64,000 bases of DNA from an uncultured Treponema sp. (GCA_934699065.1 CAKUWD010000002.1:811-64810); one strand, 5' to 3'; numbered from the stretch's first letter, positions 26,968-38,700 are shown. Numbers and translations: made by a program. The notes: generated from the sequence alone by a model not told the origin.

Positions 26968-27902
26968 GTAAGTTCCTTCACAGTCTTCGCGTAATGATCA
27001 TCAAAAGTTGCGCGGATTAGCGGCCGCGCGGCAATTACCTGATCGGCGCCATAATAAAGCGCTGTCTGGACATCCTGCTTTGTACGGATTCCTCCGTCTA
27101 CCCAAATCTCTTTACAGTATTTTTTAAGCTCTAAAGCTCTTTCTGCAAGGAACTGTGCCGTACTTCCAATCCGAGTTTCAACACGACCACCGTGATTAGA
27201 AATATAAACTACATCTGGCTGAACTTCGCGAACAAGAGCCAGATCATCTTCTGTAAACACACCTTTAATTACAAAGGGCAGTTTTGTATGATTTCGAAAG
27301 TCTTCGAGTTGGGCAGCTGTTTTGCGCTCCAGGTTTACCAGATTACGCATCGTTACAATATTATAAGAATCAATATCAATTCCAATATGAGAAGCGTAAG
27401 GACGAATCCATTCAATACGTTCAAAAAGTTTTTCCTGCGGATAAGGTTTTAGAAAAAAGGCTGCCTTTACGGTGGTCGACTCTGCTGTAGTTTCGCCCCC
27501 TTCTACAAGCTCAGGAACCGCAACCATCGTATGATTCAACTCTTTCACTGCAGCCACCCCCAGCTTTAATTTTTCGTCGGGACAGCCATCTCCTACACAA
27601 AGGCCAAAGCCTGCCTTCGCTGCATTGCTTAAGTAAGGAAGATAAAAATCTGCTTCTCTGGCATAGCCAATGTTTTCAACAGCACCGGTAACCGGGCCAC
27701 AACGCAGCTGCTGCGGACAAACTGAAATTGCACGTATTTCATCTCCCAGTCCACGAGCAAGTGCCGCATCAAAAAGTTCATGCCAGCCTTCACAATTTAA
27801 TTGAAAATTTTTTCCCTCAAAAACACCGCCGAGTCCGGGCAACATACCAGGACAACCATACCCATCGCAAACAGCGCAACGGTGGCATTTCAGTTCTCCC
27901 AT
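26958..27902 (-). CDS. FMN-dependent alpha-hydroxy-acid dehydrogenase/oxidase-family TIM-barrel protein with a Cys-rich N-terminus
   Basis: SNHGGR and GGIRTKQDV..GADQVIAARP motifs. N-terminal CHRCAVCDGYGC. Start taken at MGELKC to avoid overlap with pfk. Confidence 0.7.
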   Translation of the reverse strand: MGELKCHRCAVCDGYGCPGMLPGLGGVFEGKNFQLNCEGWHELFDAALARGLGDEIRAISVCPQQLRCGPVTGAVENIGYAREADFYLPYLSNAAKAGFGLCVGDGCPDEKLKLGVAAVKELNHTMVAVPELVEGGETTAESTTVKAAFFLKPYPQEKLFERIEWIRPYASHIGIDIDSYNIVTMRNLVNLERKTAAQLEDFRNHTKLPFVIKGVFTEDDLALVREVQPDVVYISNHGGRVETRIGSTAQFLAERALELKKYCKEIWVDGGIRTKQDVQTALYYGADQVIAARPLIRATFDDHYAKTVKELTSC

Positions 27903-27903
27903 C

Positions 27904-28989
27904 TTAGTCACCAAAACAGATTCCCAATTCACGCGCAGCTTTTAGCACAGGATCTTTTTCCGTAATTTCTTTTACACGGCCTGCAACTACAGAAAGTGGA
28001 GTTGCAACAATACTGCCGTTTTTTACAGCAACTAGATTTCCAAAACGTTTTTCTGCAAGGAAATCTGCTGCCGCATTACCAAGCTTTGTTGCAAGAATTC
28101 TGTCATAAGGAGCAGGATCTCCGCCACGCTGTAAATAACCGAGCACGCTGGTTCTTGTTTCAATTCCTGTAGCCTCTTCTATTTCTTTTGCAACCCGGAA
28201 GCCAACCGACTGAGGCATAGACTCTCTGGCTTTTTTGAATTCTTTTTTACCAAGCTTTGCTTCATCCAGATCAATCGCACCTTCCGAACAGGCAATAATA
28301 AAATAGTTCTGGCCCTTGGCTTTTTTAGCCTTCATGTATTTTGCAATCTTTTTAATATCATAAGGAATTTCAGGCAGAAGAATTACATCTGCACGGCCGG
28401 CGAGTCCTGCATAAAGTCCCAGCCAGCCAACCTTGTGTCCCATAATCTCAACAACCATTGCACGGCTGTGACTCTTTGCTGTTGTTCTGATTGCTTCAAT
28501 TCCGTGAGTTGCTACATCAATTGCTGTATGAAAACCAAAGGTTTCGTCGGTGCCTACAATATCATTGTCAATTGTTTTTGGCATACCAATTACATTGAAA
28601 CCCGCTTCTGAAAGCAAAGACGCTGTTGTATTTGTTCCGTTTCCACCAAGACACACAAGTGCATCAAGTTTATTTTTCTTGAAAGTTTCTTTGATTCCAT
28701 CTACCGGCAAAAGTCCAGTTTTTGGATCAGGTACAGGATTTTTAAATGGCTTTACGCGGGATGTTCCAAGTATTGTACCCCCCTGCGAAATCAGCGGCTC
28801 AAGATCAAGCTCATCCATCTTGAACGTGTCGTTATCTATGAGCCCGCGGTATCCGTTTCGAATACCAATAAACTTCATTCCGTAATTATTTTTTCCAGAA
28901 ATACAAAGCGCACGAATTGCAGCATTTAGCCCTGGCGCATCTCCACCCGAAGTCAAAATTCCAACAGTTTTAATTGTAGAAGCTTTCAT
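27904..28989 (-). CDS. pfk: 6-phosphofructokinase (PfkA family; ATP versus PPi dependence not decidable here)
   Basis: GILTSGGDAPGLNAAIRA, MPKTIDNDI, GYLQRGG motifs. 361 aa. Confidence 0.9.
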   Translation of the reverse strand: MKASTIKTVGILTSGGDAPGLNAAIRALCISGKNNYGMKFIGIRNGYRGLIDNDTFKMDELDLEPLISQGGTILGTSRVKPFKNPVPDPKTGLLPVDGIKETFKKNKLDALVCLGGNGTNTTASLLSEAGFNVIGMPKTIDNDIVGTDETFGFHTAIDVATHGIEAIRTTAKSHSRAMVVEIMGHKVGWLGLYAGLAGRADVILLPEIPYDIKKIAKYMKAKKAKGQNYFIIACSEGAIDLDEAKLGKKEFKKARESMPQSVGFRVAKEIEEATGIETRTSVLGYLQRGGDPAPYDRILATKLGNAAADFLAEKRFGNLVAVKNGSIVATPLSVVAGRVKEITEKDPVLKAARELGICFGD

Positions 28990-29094
28990 GCCTTTAATTA
29001 TAACCTTTTTTGCACGTAACGGACAACAAAAAAATGAAAGAAAATCTCTCTTAAAAATCCTAAAATCTTTTTTTATTATTCCGATAATGGAACT

Positions 29095-32000
29095 ATGAGA
29101 GCATCTAATAAGTCTAGTTTCATAACCGGAGTCGCTTTGCTGATGCTGGCGGCTTTATTTTCAATCAGTTTGATTCTTCTCCCTTTGGATTACGGAGTTA
29201 CCGGGCCAGGGCATAATAATATTTTGTATTTACTCGGAGATATGCTGTACTCCGTTTACGGCTTTTGCAGCATTTTGATTCCGGGATTTCTGCTGGTTGC
29301 TGGTCTTTCGTGCTTTGCTTCTAAGTGGACTGCACGTAAAACGCTTCGTCTTTTGACTGCGCTTGTACCATTTTTTACCTGCGTAGTTACAGAAAGCATT
29401 GTTCGTTCTATTGTTAAGGTAGATCATTCATCTTTCGCAATTGTAAAAATTCTTATTGCTCTTGTAACGGGTGTTATGCTCGTTATTATCGAATTTTTGG
29501 GAACAGGCATTATTGCTGATCGTTTGCGAAAACCTAAAATGAGATCTCTTGTTTTGCCGAAAGATGAAGAGAATTCTGAAACTGTTGCTGAGGAAGCGGA
29601 AAATGCAGAGAATTCAGAAAGTGAAAATCTTCCAGAATTCAATAAGCTTTCAAAAATCAAAGTTCCTAAAGAATCTATCTTTGACAAATTAAAGAATAAA
29701 TTCAAAAAATCAGATGACAGCGATTCAGATGATTATTCTGATGATGATTACGAAGAAGACGGCACAGAAAAGAAAGCAACCATCTTTGATGAAATTCTTG
29801 ATGAAGTTGATTCTTACGAAGAAGAGCCAGAGGAAACTGCTGTAGAAGAATCATCTGCTCCAACAGTAGATGACGAAGTTTATGCTCTTGCACAAAAGCC
29901 AGAAGCACCATCTCTTACAAATGAAGAGTTTGCGGCACTTACTGCACCTCAGGAAGAACTTGAGTGGAATAATCTTCCTCCAAAACCGGAAAATCTTCCA
30001 CCTGAATACGATGCTGATTTTGATGAGAATGATCCTGCATTGGAATTTCCTCCAAAAGATGCCGTTGAACCACAGGCAGAAAAAACAGAAACTGTTTCTG
30101 AAAGCGCAGCTGCATCTGAACCTGAAGCATCAAAAGCTGAAGATGAAACTGTAGAAGATGTTGTGTATGAACCAAAAAATGATCCTTATGCAACAACACG
30201 CTATATTGATTCAGTTGTAGAAAATCCTCTTTATCCTCACAAGATTGTTCTGGACGATGGTTCAGATTCTGAGGGTGCGGCGGAAAAAAAAACTCCTGAT
30301 CAGTCGGTAACAGAAAAACCAAAATATCCTACACGAATTCAAATAAAGGATGATGCTGTTTTTGAATCTAAACCTGAACCGGAAGCTTCTGGCGATGACT
30401 ATGTAGAAGATGAAACACTTCCTTTCCCTTCTTTTGATTTGGAAGAGCCGGCCATTAATACCAAGCCAGCAATCCTCACTAAGCAGGAAAAATCAGAAAC
30501 AACAGAAAATGAAAACTACCGTTCGGTAGGTTCATATTTCAATGAAGAAGAATCTCCAAAGATTGCAACCAAAGAAAATCTCTATAACTATTTTGAGAAT
30601 GTAGATACAAAGAAAACTGCTCCAAAAATCGAAGATCCTTATCAGGCAGAAAAAGAATCTGATTCTGACTCTGAAGAAGAATACGAAGACAATCCTGAAA
30701 TCTTCAACCAGCTTGCACAGCAGCAGGAACAGGCTGAAGAAGAGGAAGAAGTAAATATTTCAACTGCAGCAGCAAGTGTTTTCAAAGACATGGATGCTGA
30801 TATCAGAAAAGAGATGCCTGCAAAAGCACCAGCCACTGCTCCAGCTCCGGCTTCGGCATCAGCTGCAAACGGGCCATTGCATGGTGGCGCAACAAATCTT
30901 ACAAAAGACGAACTTTCTGATTTCTTTAATGCACAGCAGGAAGAAAATCGTCCTCATACAAAAGAAATTGCCGCAAATCCTCCAAAGACAAATCGTGCCA
31001 CAAAAAAAGGCCCTTATGTTATTCCGTCAGATTTGCTCACAGCATATAAAGATGACCAGTACTGGATTATCGACGATGCAACAAAACAGGCATCTCTCAA
31101 CCTTAAGCAGACTCTCTCAGAGTTTAATATTGAAGCTGATATTATCGGAATCAAAAAAGGTCCGGTTGTTACAATGTTCGAGATTTTACCGGCGCCTGGC
31201 GTAAAGCTTAGTAAGATTGTTGCCCTTCAGGATAACATCGCTCTCAGCCTTGCCGCTCAGTCAGTCCGCATCGTTGCGCCAATTCCTGGAAAACAGGCTG
31301 TTGGTATTGAAGTTCCAAACCGAAACCGATCGGTAGTCGGCTTCCGCGAAATCATAGAAATGGATTTGCCTGAATGGAAGAAGATGGCCGTGCCTGTTGT
31401 ACTCGGAAAAGATATTCTCGGAAAGGCCCAGCTGATTGACCTTGTAAAAACACCACATATGCTGATTGCCGGTGCAACCGGTTCCGGAAAGTCTGTTTGT
31501 GTAAACTCACTCATTCTTTCTATCTTGTATAAGAGAAGCTTTGAAGATGTAAAGATGATTCTTGTTGACCCTAAGGTTGTCGAGCTCAAACTTTACAATA
31601 ATATCCCGCACCTTTTGACTCCAGTAATTACAGAGCCAAAGAAAGCGCTGCAGGCCCTTCAGTGGTGTCTATGCGAAATGGAACGCCGCTATGCTTTGCT
31701 TGATGGAATGGGTGTACGTGATATTTCTAACTACAACAAAAAAATTAAAGAGCAGAAAATCTGTACAGAAAAGCTGCCATACATCGTTGTTATTATTGAT
31801 GAGTTTGCCGACCTCATGGCAACCAGTGGAAAGGAACTCGAAAATATCGTAGCCCGCCTTACAGCAATGAGCCGCGCCGTTGGTATTCATCTTGTTCTTG
31901 CAACCCAGCGTCCTTCTGTAAACGTAATTACAGGTCTTATCAAGGCAAATATTCCAACCAGAATTGCCTTCATGGTTGCCAGCCGTACAGACTCTAATAT

Positions 32001-32427
32001 CATTATTGATACAGTAGGTGCCGAAAAACTTCTTGGCCGTGGTGATATGCTTTACGCTTCTGCAGTGGATCCGGCTCCAATCCGAATTCAGGGAACCTTT
32101 GTTAGCGACCAGGAAGTTGAAAATGTAGTTACCGCTGTAAAAGACTACGGTGAACCGGACTACATCGACGAAGAAATTTTCACAGATGATGATGACGAAG
32201 AAGGAGCACGTGACCTCTTTGGCGAACCAATGGACGACGATGATCCATTGTACGACCAGGCTCTTGAAATTGTTGTTCAAAGCGGCAAGGCCAGCGCAAG
32301 TTACCTGCAGCGCCGCCTGAAGATTGGCTACAACCGTGCGGCCCGCCTTGTTGAGGAAATGGAAGAACGCGGAATTGTCGGTCCTGCAAACGGAGCAAAA
32401 CCTCGCGAGGTAATTCATATTCCATGA
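29095..32427 (+). CDS. ftsK: DNA translocase FtsK/SpoIIIE
   Basis: N-terminal TM segments and a long acidic low-complexity linker. Motor domain with GATGSGKS and VVIIDEFADL. C-terminal gamma winged helix (SASYLQRRLKIGYNRAARLVEEME). Confidence 0.95.
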   Translation: MRASNKSSFITGVALLMLAALFSISLILLPLDYGVTGPGHNNILYLLGDMLYSVYGFCSILIPGFLLVAGLSCFASKWTARKTLRLLTALVPFFTCVVTESIVRSIVKVDHSSFAIVKILIALVTGVMLVIIEFLGTGIIADRLRKPKMRSLVLPKDEENSETVAEEAENAENSESENLPEFNKLSKIKVPKESIFDKLKNKFKKSDDSDSDDYSDDDYEEDGTEKKATIFDEILDEVDSYEEEPEETAVEESSAPTVDDEVYALAQKPEAPSLTNEEFAALTAPQEELEWNNLPPKPENLPPEYDADFDENDPALEFPPKDAVEPQAEKTETVSESAAASEPEASKAEDETVEDVVYEPKNDPYATTRYIDSVVENPLYPHKIVLDDGSDSEGAAEKKTPDQSVTEKPKYPTRIQIKDDAVFESKPEPEASGDDYVEDETLPFPSFDLEEPAINTKPAILTKQEKSETTENENYRSVGSYFNEEESPKIATKENLYNYFENVDTKKTAPKIEDPYQAEKESDSDSEEEYEDNPEIFNQLAQQQEQAEEEEEVNISTAAASVFKDMDADIRKEMPAKAPATAPAPASASAANGPLHGGATNLTKDELSDFFNAQQEENRPHTKEIAANPPKTNRATKKGPYVIPSDLLTAYKDDQYWIIDDATKQASLNLKQTLSEFNIEADIIGIKKGPVVTMFEILPAPGVKLSKIVALQDNIALSLAAQSVRIVAPIPGKQAVGIEVPNRNRSVVGFREIIEMDLPEWKKMAVPVVLGKDILGKAQLIDLVKTPHMLIAGATGSGKSVCVNSLILSILYKRSFEDVKMILVDPKVVELKLYNNIPHLLTPVITEPKKALQALQWCLCEMERRYALLDGMGVRDISNYNKKIKEQKICTEKLPYIVVIIDEFADLMATSGKELENIVARLTAMSRAVGIHLVLATQRPSVNVITGLIKANIPTRIAFMVASRTDSNIIIDTVGAEKLLGRGDMLYASAVDPAPIRIQGTFVSDQEVENVVTAVKDYGEPDYIDEEIFTDDDDEEGARDLFGEPMDDDDPLYDQALEIVVQSGKASASYLQRRLKIGYNRAARLVEEMEERGIVGPANGAKPREVIHIP

Positions 32428-32439
32428 TAAAAGTGTGAG

Positions 32440-32472
32440 GTCATGCTGATCCTGAAACAAGTTCAGGATGAC
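32440..32472. repeat. 33-nt hairpin repeat (inverted copy of 26935..26967)
   Basis: GTCATGCTGATCCTGAAACAAGTTCAGGATGAC, 33/33 reverse-complement match. Confidence 0.9.
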
Positions 32473-32503
32473 ATTTCAGCATCTCCCGCCTTAGGAAGTT
32501 TAT

Positions 32504-32806
32504 ATGATTCTGATAATTCTTTTCTTTATCGCCGGGGTTGCATTTTGCGCCGCCGGTGTATATTTTCTCTTACCAGATTTCCTGGATAAACTCAACGAAG
32601 CCGCTGCAGACAAGTCGCCGGAAAATCTACGCAAAAATCAACTCCGCGCAAAAGCCAGCGGTTACGTTGCATTAGGTTTAGGCGCACTAACTCTCGTCCT
32701 GGGCTTTATGCTCATAAGCTTCCCTCAGATAGCCTCGCCTCTTGTACTGGTGTACATGATTTTTCTGCTGGCCGCAGTTAGTGTTCTTCTGGTTATGTAC
32801 AAATAA
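32504..32806 (+). CDS. small hypothetical membrane protein
   Basis: 100 aa with 3 hydrophobic segments. Confidence 0.5.
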   Translation: MILIILFFIAGVAFCAAGVYFLLPDFLDKLNEAAADKSPENLRKNQLRAKASGYVALGLGALTLVLGFMLISFPQIASPLVLVYMIFLLAAVSVLLVMYK

Positions 32807-32900
32807 TTTTGATAAATCAAGAAAATCTGCTTTCTCTTGTTTTTCTTTACAATTCATAAAATTGGCTTCATACTTAAATTAAATAAACTTTATTCAAAAA

Positions 32901-33236
32901 ATGTGGAGGCTCTATATGAATTCAATGTTGTTAAACATCATCATTCAGACAATGCCCAAGGTTGATGCCAACCGATACGAAGAAGGACGGCTGATTATAA
33001 AATCCCGAAAAAAATGGCAAAGCGATTATATCACAGGATTTTTACTTTGCATTTTGTGTATAATCGCAATAATTCTTACAGATAAACTTCCTGTTCCCTA
33101 TGTTGGCGGCGTTCTGTTTATTGGCGGATTTTTCGGCCTCATATATTCTCTCTTGTTTGCCCTAAGAGCCCTCCTCGTTTATAAATATTATTATGATATT
33201 TACAAAGAAGAAGATTTGAAAAAACTGGAAGAATAG
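32901..33236 (+). CDS. small hypothetical membrane protein
   Basis: 111 aa with 2 TM segments. The start is uncertain (alternative ATG at 32916). Confidence 0.45.
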   Translation: MWRLYMNSMLLNIIIQTMPKVDANRYEEGRLIIKSRKKWQSDYITGFLLCILCIIAIILTDKLPVPYVGGVLFIGGFFGLIYSLLFALRALLVYKYYYDIYKEEDLKKLEE

Positions 33237-33245
33237 AAACAAAAC

Positions 33246-33341
33246 GGTGGGGGATTTTAAGGGGGCCAAGCCCCCTTAGGAGAAGGGGTAGCGGAAGACC
33301 GCGAAGCGGGCTGAAGCGAGGGGAAGGCTTTCCCTTCCTCC
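33246..33341. repeat. GC-rich mosaic palindromic repeat
   Basis: Hairpins GGGGGccaagCCCCC and GGGAAggctTTCCC, with GCGAAGC motifs. It ends in CCTCCTTTA like the copy at 1013..1118. Confidence 0.6.
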
Positions 33342-33342
33342 T

Positions 33343-34515
33343 TTACTTCATAAAATATGTCTTAATAGGTGGGAAGCCGTTAAACGCTACCGAGGCATAA
33401 GTTGAAGTATAGGCTCCTGTTGAAAGCCAGTAGAGCTTGTCGCCGGCCTTCAGGGAAATCGGCAGCTTGTACTTTGCATCCTCGTACATTATGTCCATGC
33501 TGTCGCAGGTTGGGCCCGCGATGATTACAATACCTTCTTTTTCGCCTGGTTTGTCGCGACTGGTTACAACAGGATATTTGATTGACTCGTCGAGGGTTTC
33601 GATAAGGCCGTTGAACTTTCCGGCATCAACGTAAACCCAACGTGCAAGGGCAGTATTGTTTTTGCGTGAAGTCAAAATTACTTCCGAAGTTAAAATTCCG
33701 CTGTCTCCAACGAGTGAACGACCAGGCTCAAGAATAATTTCCGGAATATCATCACCAAAGTCTTCCTGAATGTAGCGGGTAATTTCTGCTGCATATTCAG
33801 CAAGTGTATTTGTAGGTTCAATATAACTAGCTGGGAAACCACCACCCATATTAATCATGCTCAAGCGGATTCCTTCTTCTTCTTCGAGAGAAGTGAAAAG
33901 ATATTTTACTTTTGCAATAGCATCGTTCCACTGACCAATATCGCGCTGCTGGCTTCCTACGTGGAAACTGATTCCATATGGTGTAAGGCCAAGGTCGCGG
34001 GCAAGAACGAGAAGATCGTATGCCATATCCGGATGACAACCGAACTTGCGGGAAAGCGGCCAGTCTGCACTGACTGAGTTTTCTACGAGGATACGCACAT
34101 AAATGCGGCTGCCTGGGGCGTTCTTTGCAATTTCCTTAAGATCATCTTTGCTGTCAGTAGCAAACATACGAACGCCCTTGTCGTAAAAGTATTTGATATC
34201 CTTAGCCTTTTTAATTGTGTTTCCGTAAGAAAGACGGTCCGGCGAAACATCATACTTTGTAATCATATCAAGCTCATAGCGTGAAGCAATATCAAAGCAT
34301 GACCCCATTTCTGCGAGCATTTGAAGTACTGGTTCACCTGGGTTAGACTTCATAGCATAAAAAATGCGGGCATAAGGGAAAGAATCTCTAAGACGAATAA
34401 AATTCTGCTTGATTGTGTTGAGATTGATTACGATGTTTGGAGTTTCCAAATCTTTAGAAAAGTCGAGAAAACGCTGCCAGTCCTTATCGCTGACATAATC
34501 GTTTCGATTAAACAT
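33343..34515 (-). CDS. fold-III PLP-dependent ornithine/lysine decarboxylase
   Basis: FYAMKSNP (PLP lysine), GGGFP and EPGR motifs. About 390 aa, as in Lys/Orn decarboxylases. Start taken at the ATG about 8 nt after AGGTGG. Confidence 0.85.
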   Translation of the reverse strand: MFNRNDYVSDKDWQRFLDFSKDLETPNIVINLNTIKQNFIRLRDSFPYARIFYAMKSNPGEPVLQMLAEMGSCFDIASRYELDMITKYDVSPDRLSYGNTIKKAKDIKYFYDKGVRMFATDSKDDLKEIAKNAPGSRIYVRILVENSVSADWPLSRKFGCHPDMAYDLLVLARDLGLTPYGISFHVGSQQRDIGQWNDAIAKVKYLFTSLEEEEGIRLSMINMGGGFPASYIEPTNTLAEYAAEITRYIQEDFGDDIPEIILEPGRSLVGDSGILTSEVILTSRKNNTALARWVYVDAGKFNGLIETLDESIKYPVVTSRDKPGEKEGIVIIAGPTCDSMDIMYEDAKYKLPISLKAGDKLYWLSTGAYTSTYASVAFNGFPPIKTYFMK

Positions 34516-34705
34516 TAACATTACCACCTGTAATGAAAAAATAACCGGTGTATTCGCAGCAAATCAACAATCAGGAATCATGGCTGCGAGCGATCCGCCA
34601 ACGCTGGCTGTAGGAACCCTAAATTTCAACGTTCGGGCTATAATATCAAAAATGTATGATGTTGTAAATTGAAATCTTAAAAAAACAGCATTATAATAAA
34701 ATAAT

Positions 34706-35743
34706 ATGGAAACAAAACGTCCTGAGAAAAAAACGTATGATATTTCGACTCTAAGCCGTCTTATGAAAAAAGATTTCATTTTTGTAATTGCAGTTTTCCT
34801 TGCTCTTGTTTTGATTTTTACTGATATCAGCATTTATGAATCATTTGGTTCTGTCCGTTCCAGAAAACTGGAAGCAGAAAATCTTGCTGTAATTTGTGTT
34901 TCGGAAATTGAGCGAAACAGCGAGGACGGAAAACTTTCTTTTCTTTCAGAAAATGTAAACCTTTCTGCCCTTACGGCCCGCGGTTATATTTATTCTATTT
35001 ACAAACAAAAAAATAATACGGATGTTTATGAAACAATTTATGGAACTGATTTTAATCTGCTCTATAAACCAATTTGTGTTCGTATTAATCTTTCTGAAGC
35101 AAACTTGTATTTTGCGATTGCACCTGACGGACACTGGGTAAATGTTCATCTTGTCCTTGTTCTGGGAACTTTATCTCTCCTTTTGATTTGTGCCTTTACA
35201 ATTTTGACTCTGCTCTTCTTAAAACTCCGCCAGAGTAATATCCGTTTGGCCCAGCTTGCAACTCTGGACCAGCTTACAGGACTTTACACAAAACAAACTG
35301 CAATCTTCTCCCTAAAAAAAGAACTTGATTATGCAAAACGCAATGACTCTCAGGTTGCAGTCTGCTTTATTGATATGAATAATTTCAAACAGATAAATGA
35401 TAATTACGGGCATACTATCGGCGATGCTGCACTTTCAAAAGTTGCAAAACGTCTGATGGAATCTGTACGTCCGGAAGATATTATTGCCCGATTTGGTGGT
35501 GATGAATTTATTATTATTTTCCGTGGTAAAAAAACAGGAACAGATTACAGCAGCACCGTTGAACGAATACGTGCTGTTCTGAACGTTCCTGCCCGCCTTT
35601 CTGCCCATGTTCTTGCCGATATTTCTGCATCGGTAGGACTTGCTGTTTACCCGACAAACGGGAACTGCGTTGAAGAGCTTATAGCCTATGCCGACAAAGC
35701 CATGTACGCAGAAAAAGAAAGAATGAAGAAATCAAGACAATAA
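34706..35743 (+). CDS. membrane-anchored diguanylate cyclase (GGDEF)
   Basis: Two TM segments flank a periplasmic region. The GGDEF domain carries RFGGDEFIIIF. Confidence 0.85.
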   Translation: METKRPEKKTYDISTLSRLMKKDFIFVIAVFLALVLIFTDISIYESFGSVRSRKLEAENLAVICVSEIERNSEDGKLSFLSENVNLSALTARGYIYSIYKQKNNTDVYETIYGTDFNLLYKPICVRINLSEANLYFAIAPDGHWVNVHLVLVLGTLSLLLICAFTILTLLFLKLRQSNIRLAQLATLDQLTGLYTKQTAIFSLKKELDYAKRNDSQVAVCFIDMNNFKQINDNYGHTIGDAALSKVAKRLMESVRPEDIIARFGGDEFIIIFRGKKTGTDYSSTVERIRAVLNVPARLSAHVLADISASVGLAVYPTNGNCVEELIAYADKAMYAEKERMKKSRQ

Positions 35744-35782
35744 ATCACAATTTTTCTAAATAAATAACATTTAGAGGTTCAT

Positions 35783-38700
35783 ATGAAAAAGACTCTCTTT
35801 ATTTCTCTCCTTGTGTTTGCCTCTATCCTAACGTTCGGTAGTTGCAAAAAATCTGATTCAAGTAAAACAAATTCTTCTTCTGCAAATGAATCTATTTCTG
35901 CTGCAAAGAGTCCAGGAAATTCCGGAAAGAATGTAAAGTATTCCGGCGTTTCTTTTAATCCAAATTCATATTCAGAAGATTATCCAGAATATAAGGAACG
36001 CAATTCTCTTCATCTGGAAACCAATGAAAAAAATCAGGTCAACTTTGATTCTGTGAGTCAATTCTTTGCCCTTGACTATACTCCTGAGTATCCGGATTCA
36101 TATTTTTCTGATAATTCACAAAACGCAAAAACTTCAAAAAAGAAAGGAAAAACTTCTTCTGATAAAAATGATAAAAACGAATCATATGTTCCGGGAATCA
36201 GAAAGCTTTCGGATTATTTGACAAAGTATGTTACAAAGAAGGCAGCTCTTCAGGAATATAAGCCTTCTGATGAAACTGAAAAAGATGACAGTTCAAAAGA
36301 CTTCTATATTGAAGATTGGGGACCCCAGGAAAAAATTGTAGCAGGAGAAAACCATCCTTCTTTTTATGTGATTTTTTCTCGTCCGGCAAAATCTCTCCAG
36401 GCCCTAGATAAACCTGAAACTACTTCTGAGATTATGACAATTGAACCTTCTCTACCCGGAACTTTCCGATGGTATGGTTCCAGACATTTAAGCTTCGAAG
36501 CAGATCAACCTGCCGACCCTACAATCCGCTATAAAATTTCTATCAATCCAAATATAAAATCTACCAGTGGAAAGAAGCTTACCGGCGAAACTGTCTTTTA
36601 TACTCAGGCTGAAGCAATTGAAGTTATAAATCTTTGGGGTGGATATATTAAAGACAGCGACTGTGCCTTTGACTGGAATACAGGTGCTCTTCCTCCTTAC
36701 GAAAACCGTTTTGTAATGCGAACTAATTACACAACAAATATAGAAGCTATAAAGCAAAATCTTATAATCAGCATAAATAATCAGAAAACTGATTATGATA
36801 TTCAACCTGTATATAAAGATATTTTTAAGATGTGGTCAAACAATGCAGAATATGATGAAGCAACAAATCGTACCAATACTTTTTTAGTTGAAATAAAAGG
36901 TACTGTACCACATAATTCTGAGATAGTTGTAACTGATGTAAACGGAAAAACAGAAAGTTACTCAACTCTAAAACCTTTCGTAATAAATCACTTTCCTGAA
37001 ATGACAGAATACTCTTCTGCCAAATATAAATGGCCGTTAACTGTTTATTTTTCACAGACTCCAGACAAACTATCGTTAGTTAGTAATGTTACTTATGATG
37101 ATGACAAAAGCATTACTGAGGATAATATTGTTGTAAATGGACATTATGTAAAAATCTGTAATCTTCCTTTTGATTATAATCAGAATCACACAATCCGTTT
37201 TGGAGCTGGACTTAAAGATAAATTCGGGCAGACATTTTCTTCAGAGCAAAAAGAATATTCTTTTAAAACTCCGCAGGAAAAAGCTTATGTAAAATTCCAG
37301 AATTATGGAACAACGATGCTAGAAGCACAATTCCCTCATAAAATGATTTTCGAGCATCAGAATCTTAGTTCCGGAAATTATTATCTTCAAAAAACAGACC
37401 GACCTTCCGGAAACGGATTATACAGCTTTAATAAAAATGAAGCTGCTTTTTATGATTTAGACGTGGGTAAAAAAAATCAACGGAACTTCCAGGAGCTTAA
37501 TCTTGATCCTTTCCTTGATGATAGTTTTGGCTTTGTTCGTTATGAAGCAAATGTAAATTACAATGCTTACAACTACTGGCGTAAAGAATATAGAAATGAA
37601 CAGCAATCTATGAATGGAGTTGTTCAGGTTACTGATCTTGGAATTACTGCCCGTATGTCTATTAACAAAGCAGTTGTAATGGTTCGAAGTCTTTCTACCG
37701 GAAAACCTGTGGAAGGCGCAGAGGTTTACATTGTTCATAATCTTAATGACTATCAGGAATGGAATAACGGAAAGTATAATCCAAAAGAAATTTTTGTTTA
37801 CGGTAATGAAAGCACCTATGATAAGCTGTATGCAAAAGGTCGTACAAATAAAAATGGACTTGCTGTAATCAACTATAGCGAAAAAGAAATTGAGCAGATT
37901 CAAAACGAAAACAGGGATTCTTTTGTTTATGTTGTAAATGGAAATGATAAAGCGGCCTTTGCTCCGAGTTCTCACAACTCATGGCGCGAAGGCGTAAGCA
38001 CAGCTTCTCTTGAACGCGCACGAACACCACAGCAGCGAACCTTTATGTTCGTAGACCGCGGAATTTACAAACCTGGTGAAACCGTAACCTTCCGTGGAAT
38101 CGACCGCAATCAGCTGCTTGGAAGTTTTGCTCCTAACACCGGCTGGTATTCAATCACAGCAAAAGGAGCCTGGTGGGATTCGAAAGAAATTATTGAACCG
38201 ATAACCGGCCAGCTTTCAGAATCAGGAGGCTTCTATGGTTCTTTCAAAATTCCTGATGATATTGAGCGCGGTTACTACAATCTTATCTATTCAAGAAACG
38301 GAAACCAGAATGAAACAGCAATCATCAGATTTACGATTGCAGATTTTGAACGTGTAAAATTTGAATCTTCAATTACTGTTCCAGAGATTTCATACTTTGG
38401 AGGCGACAAACTTACAGCAGGCCTTTCGGCAGATTATCTTGCCGGCGGTTCTTTGAGCGGAGCGAAATATGAAGTTTCCTGGTACAAAGCAGCAACAACT
38501 TTTAAGACAAATGATCCGGCTGCAAAGGGCTACAGTTTTTACACCGGCGTTTATCCGGACAGATTTTATTATTCAGATGATGAAGGCTTACTTGGAGTTG
38601 ATGGTACTGCTTCTATTTTCTGCGAATCTGAAAGAATCACAGATGGAGCACCATATCTTTATCATGTAGAATCAAATGTTACAGATGTTTCAAATCAAAG

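Noticed and set aside
26935-32472. Perfect 33-nt inverted repeats as ends of a composite transposon or invertible 5.5-kb segment
   Set aside because: The enclosed genes are core functions (pfk, ftsK, a dehydrogenase). No transposase or invertase is present. Each copy sits at a gene end like the other terminator/REP-like repeats.
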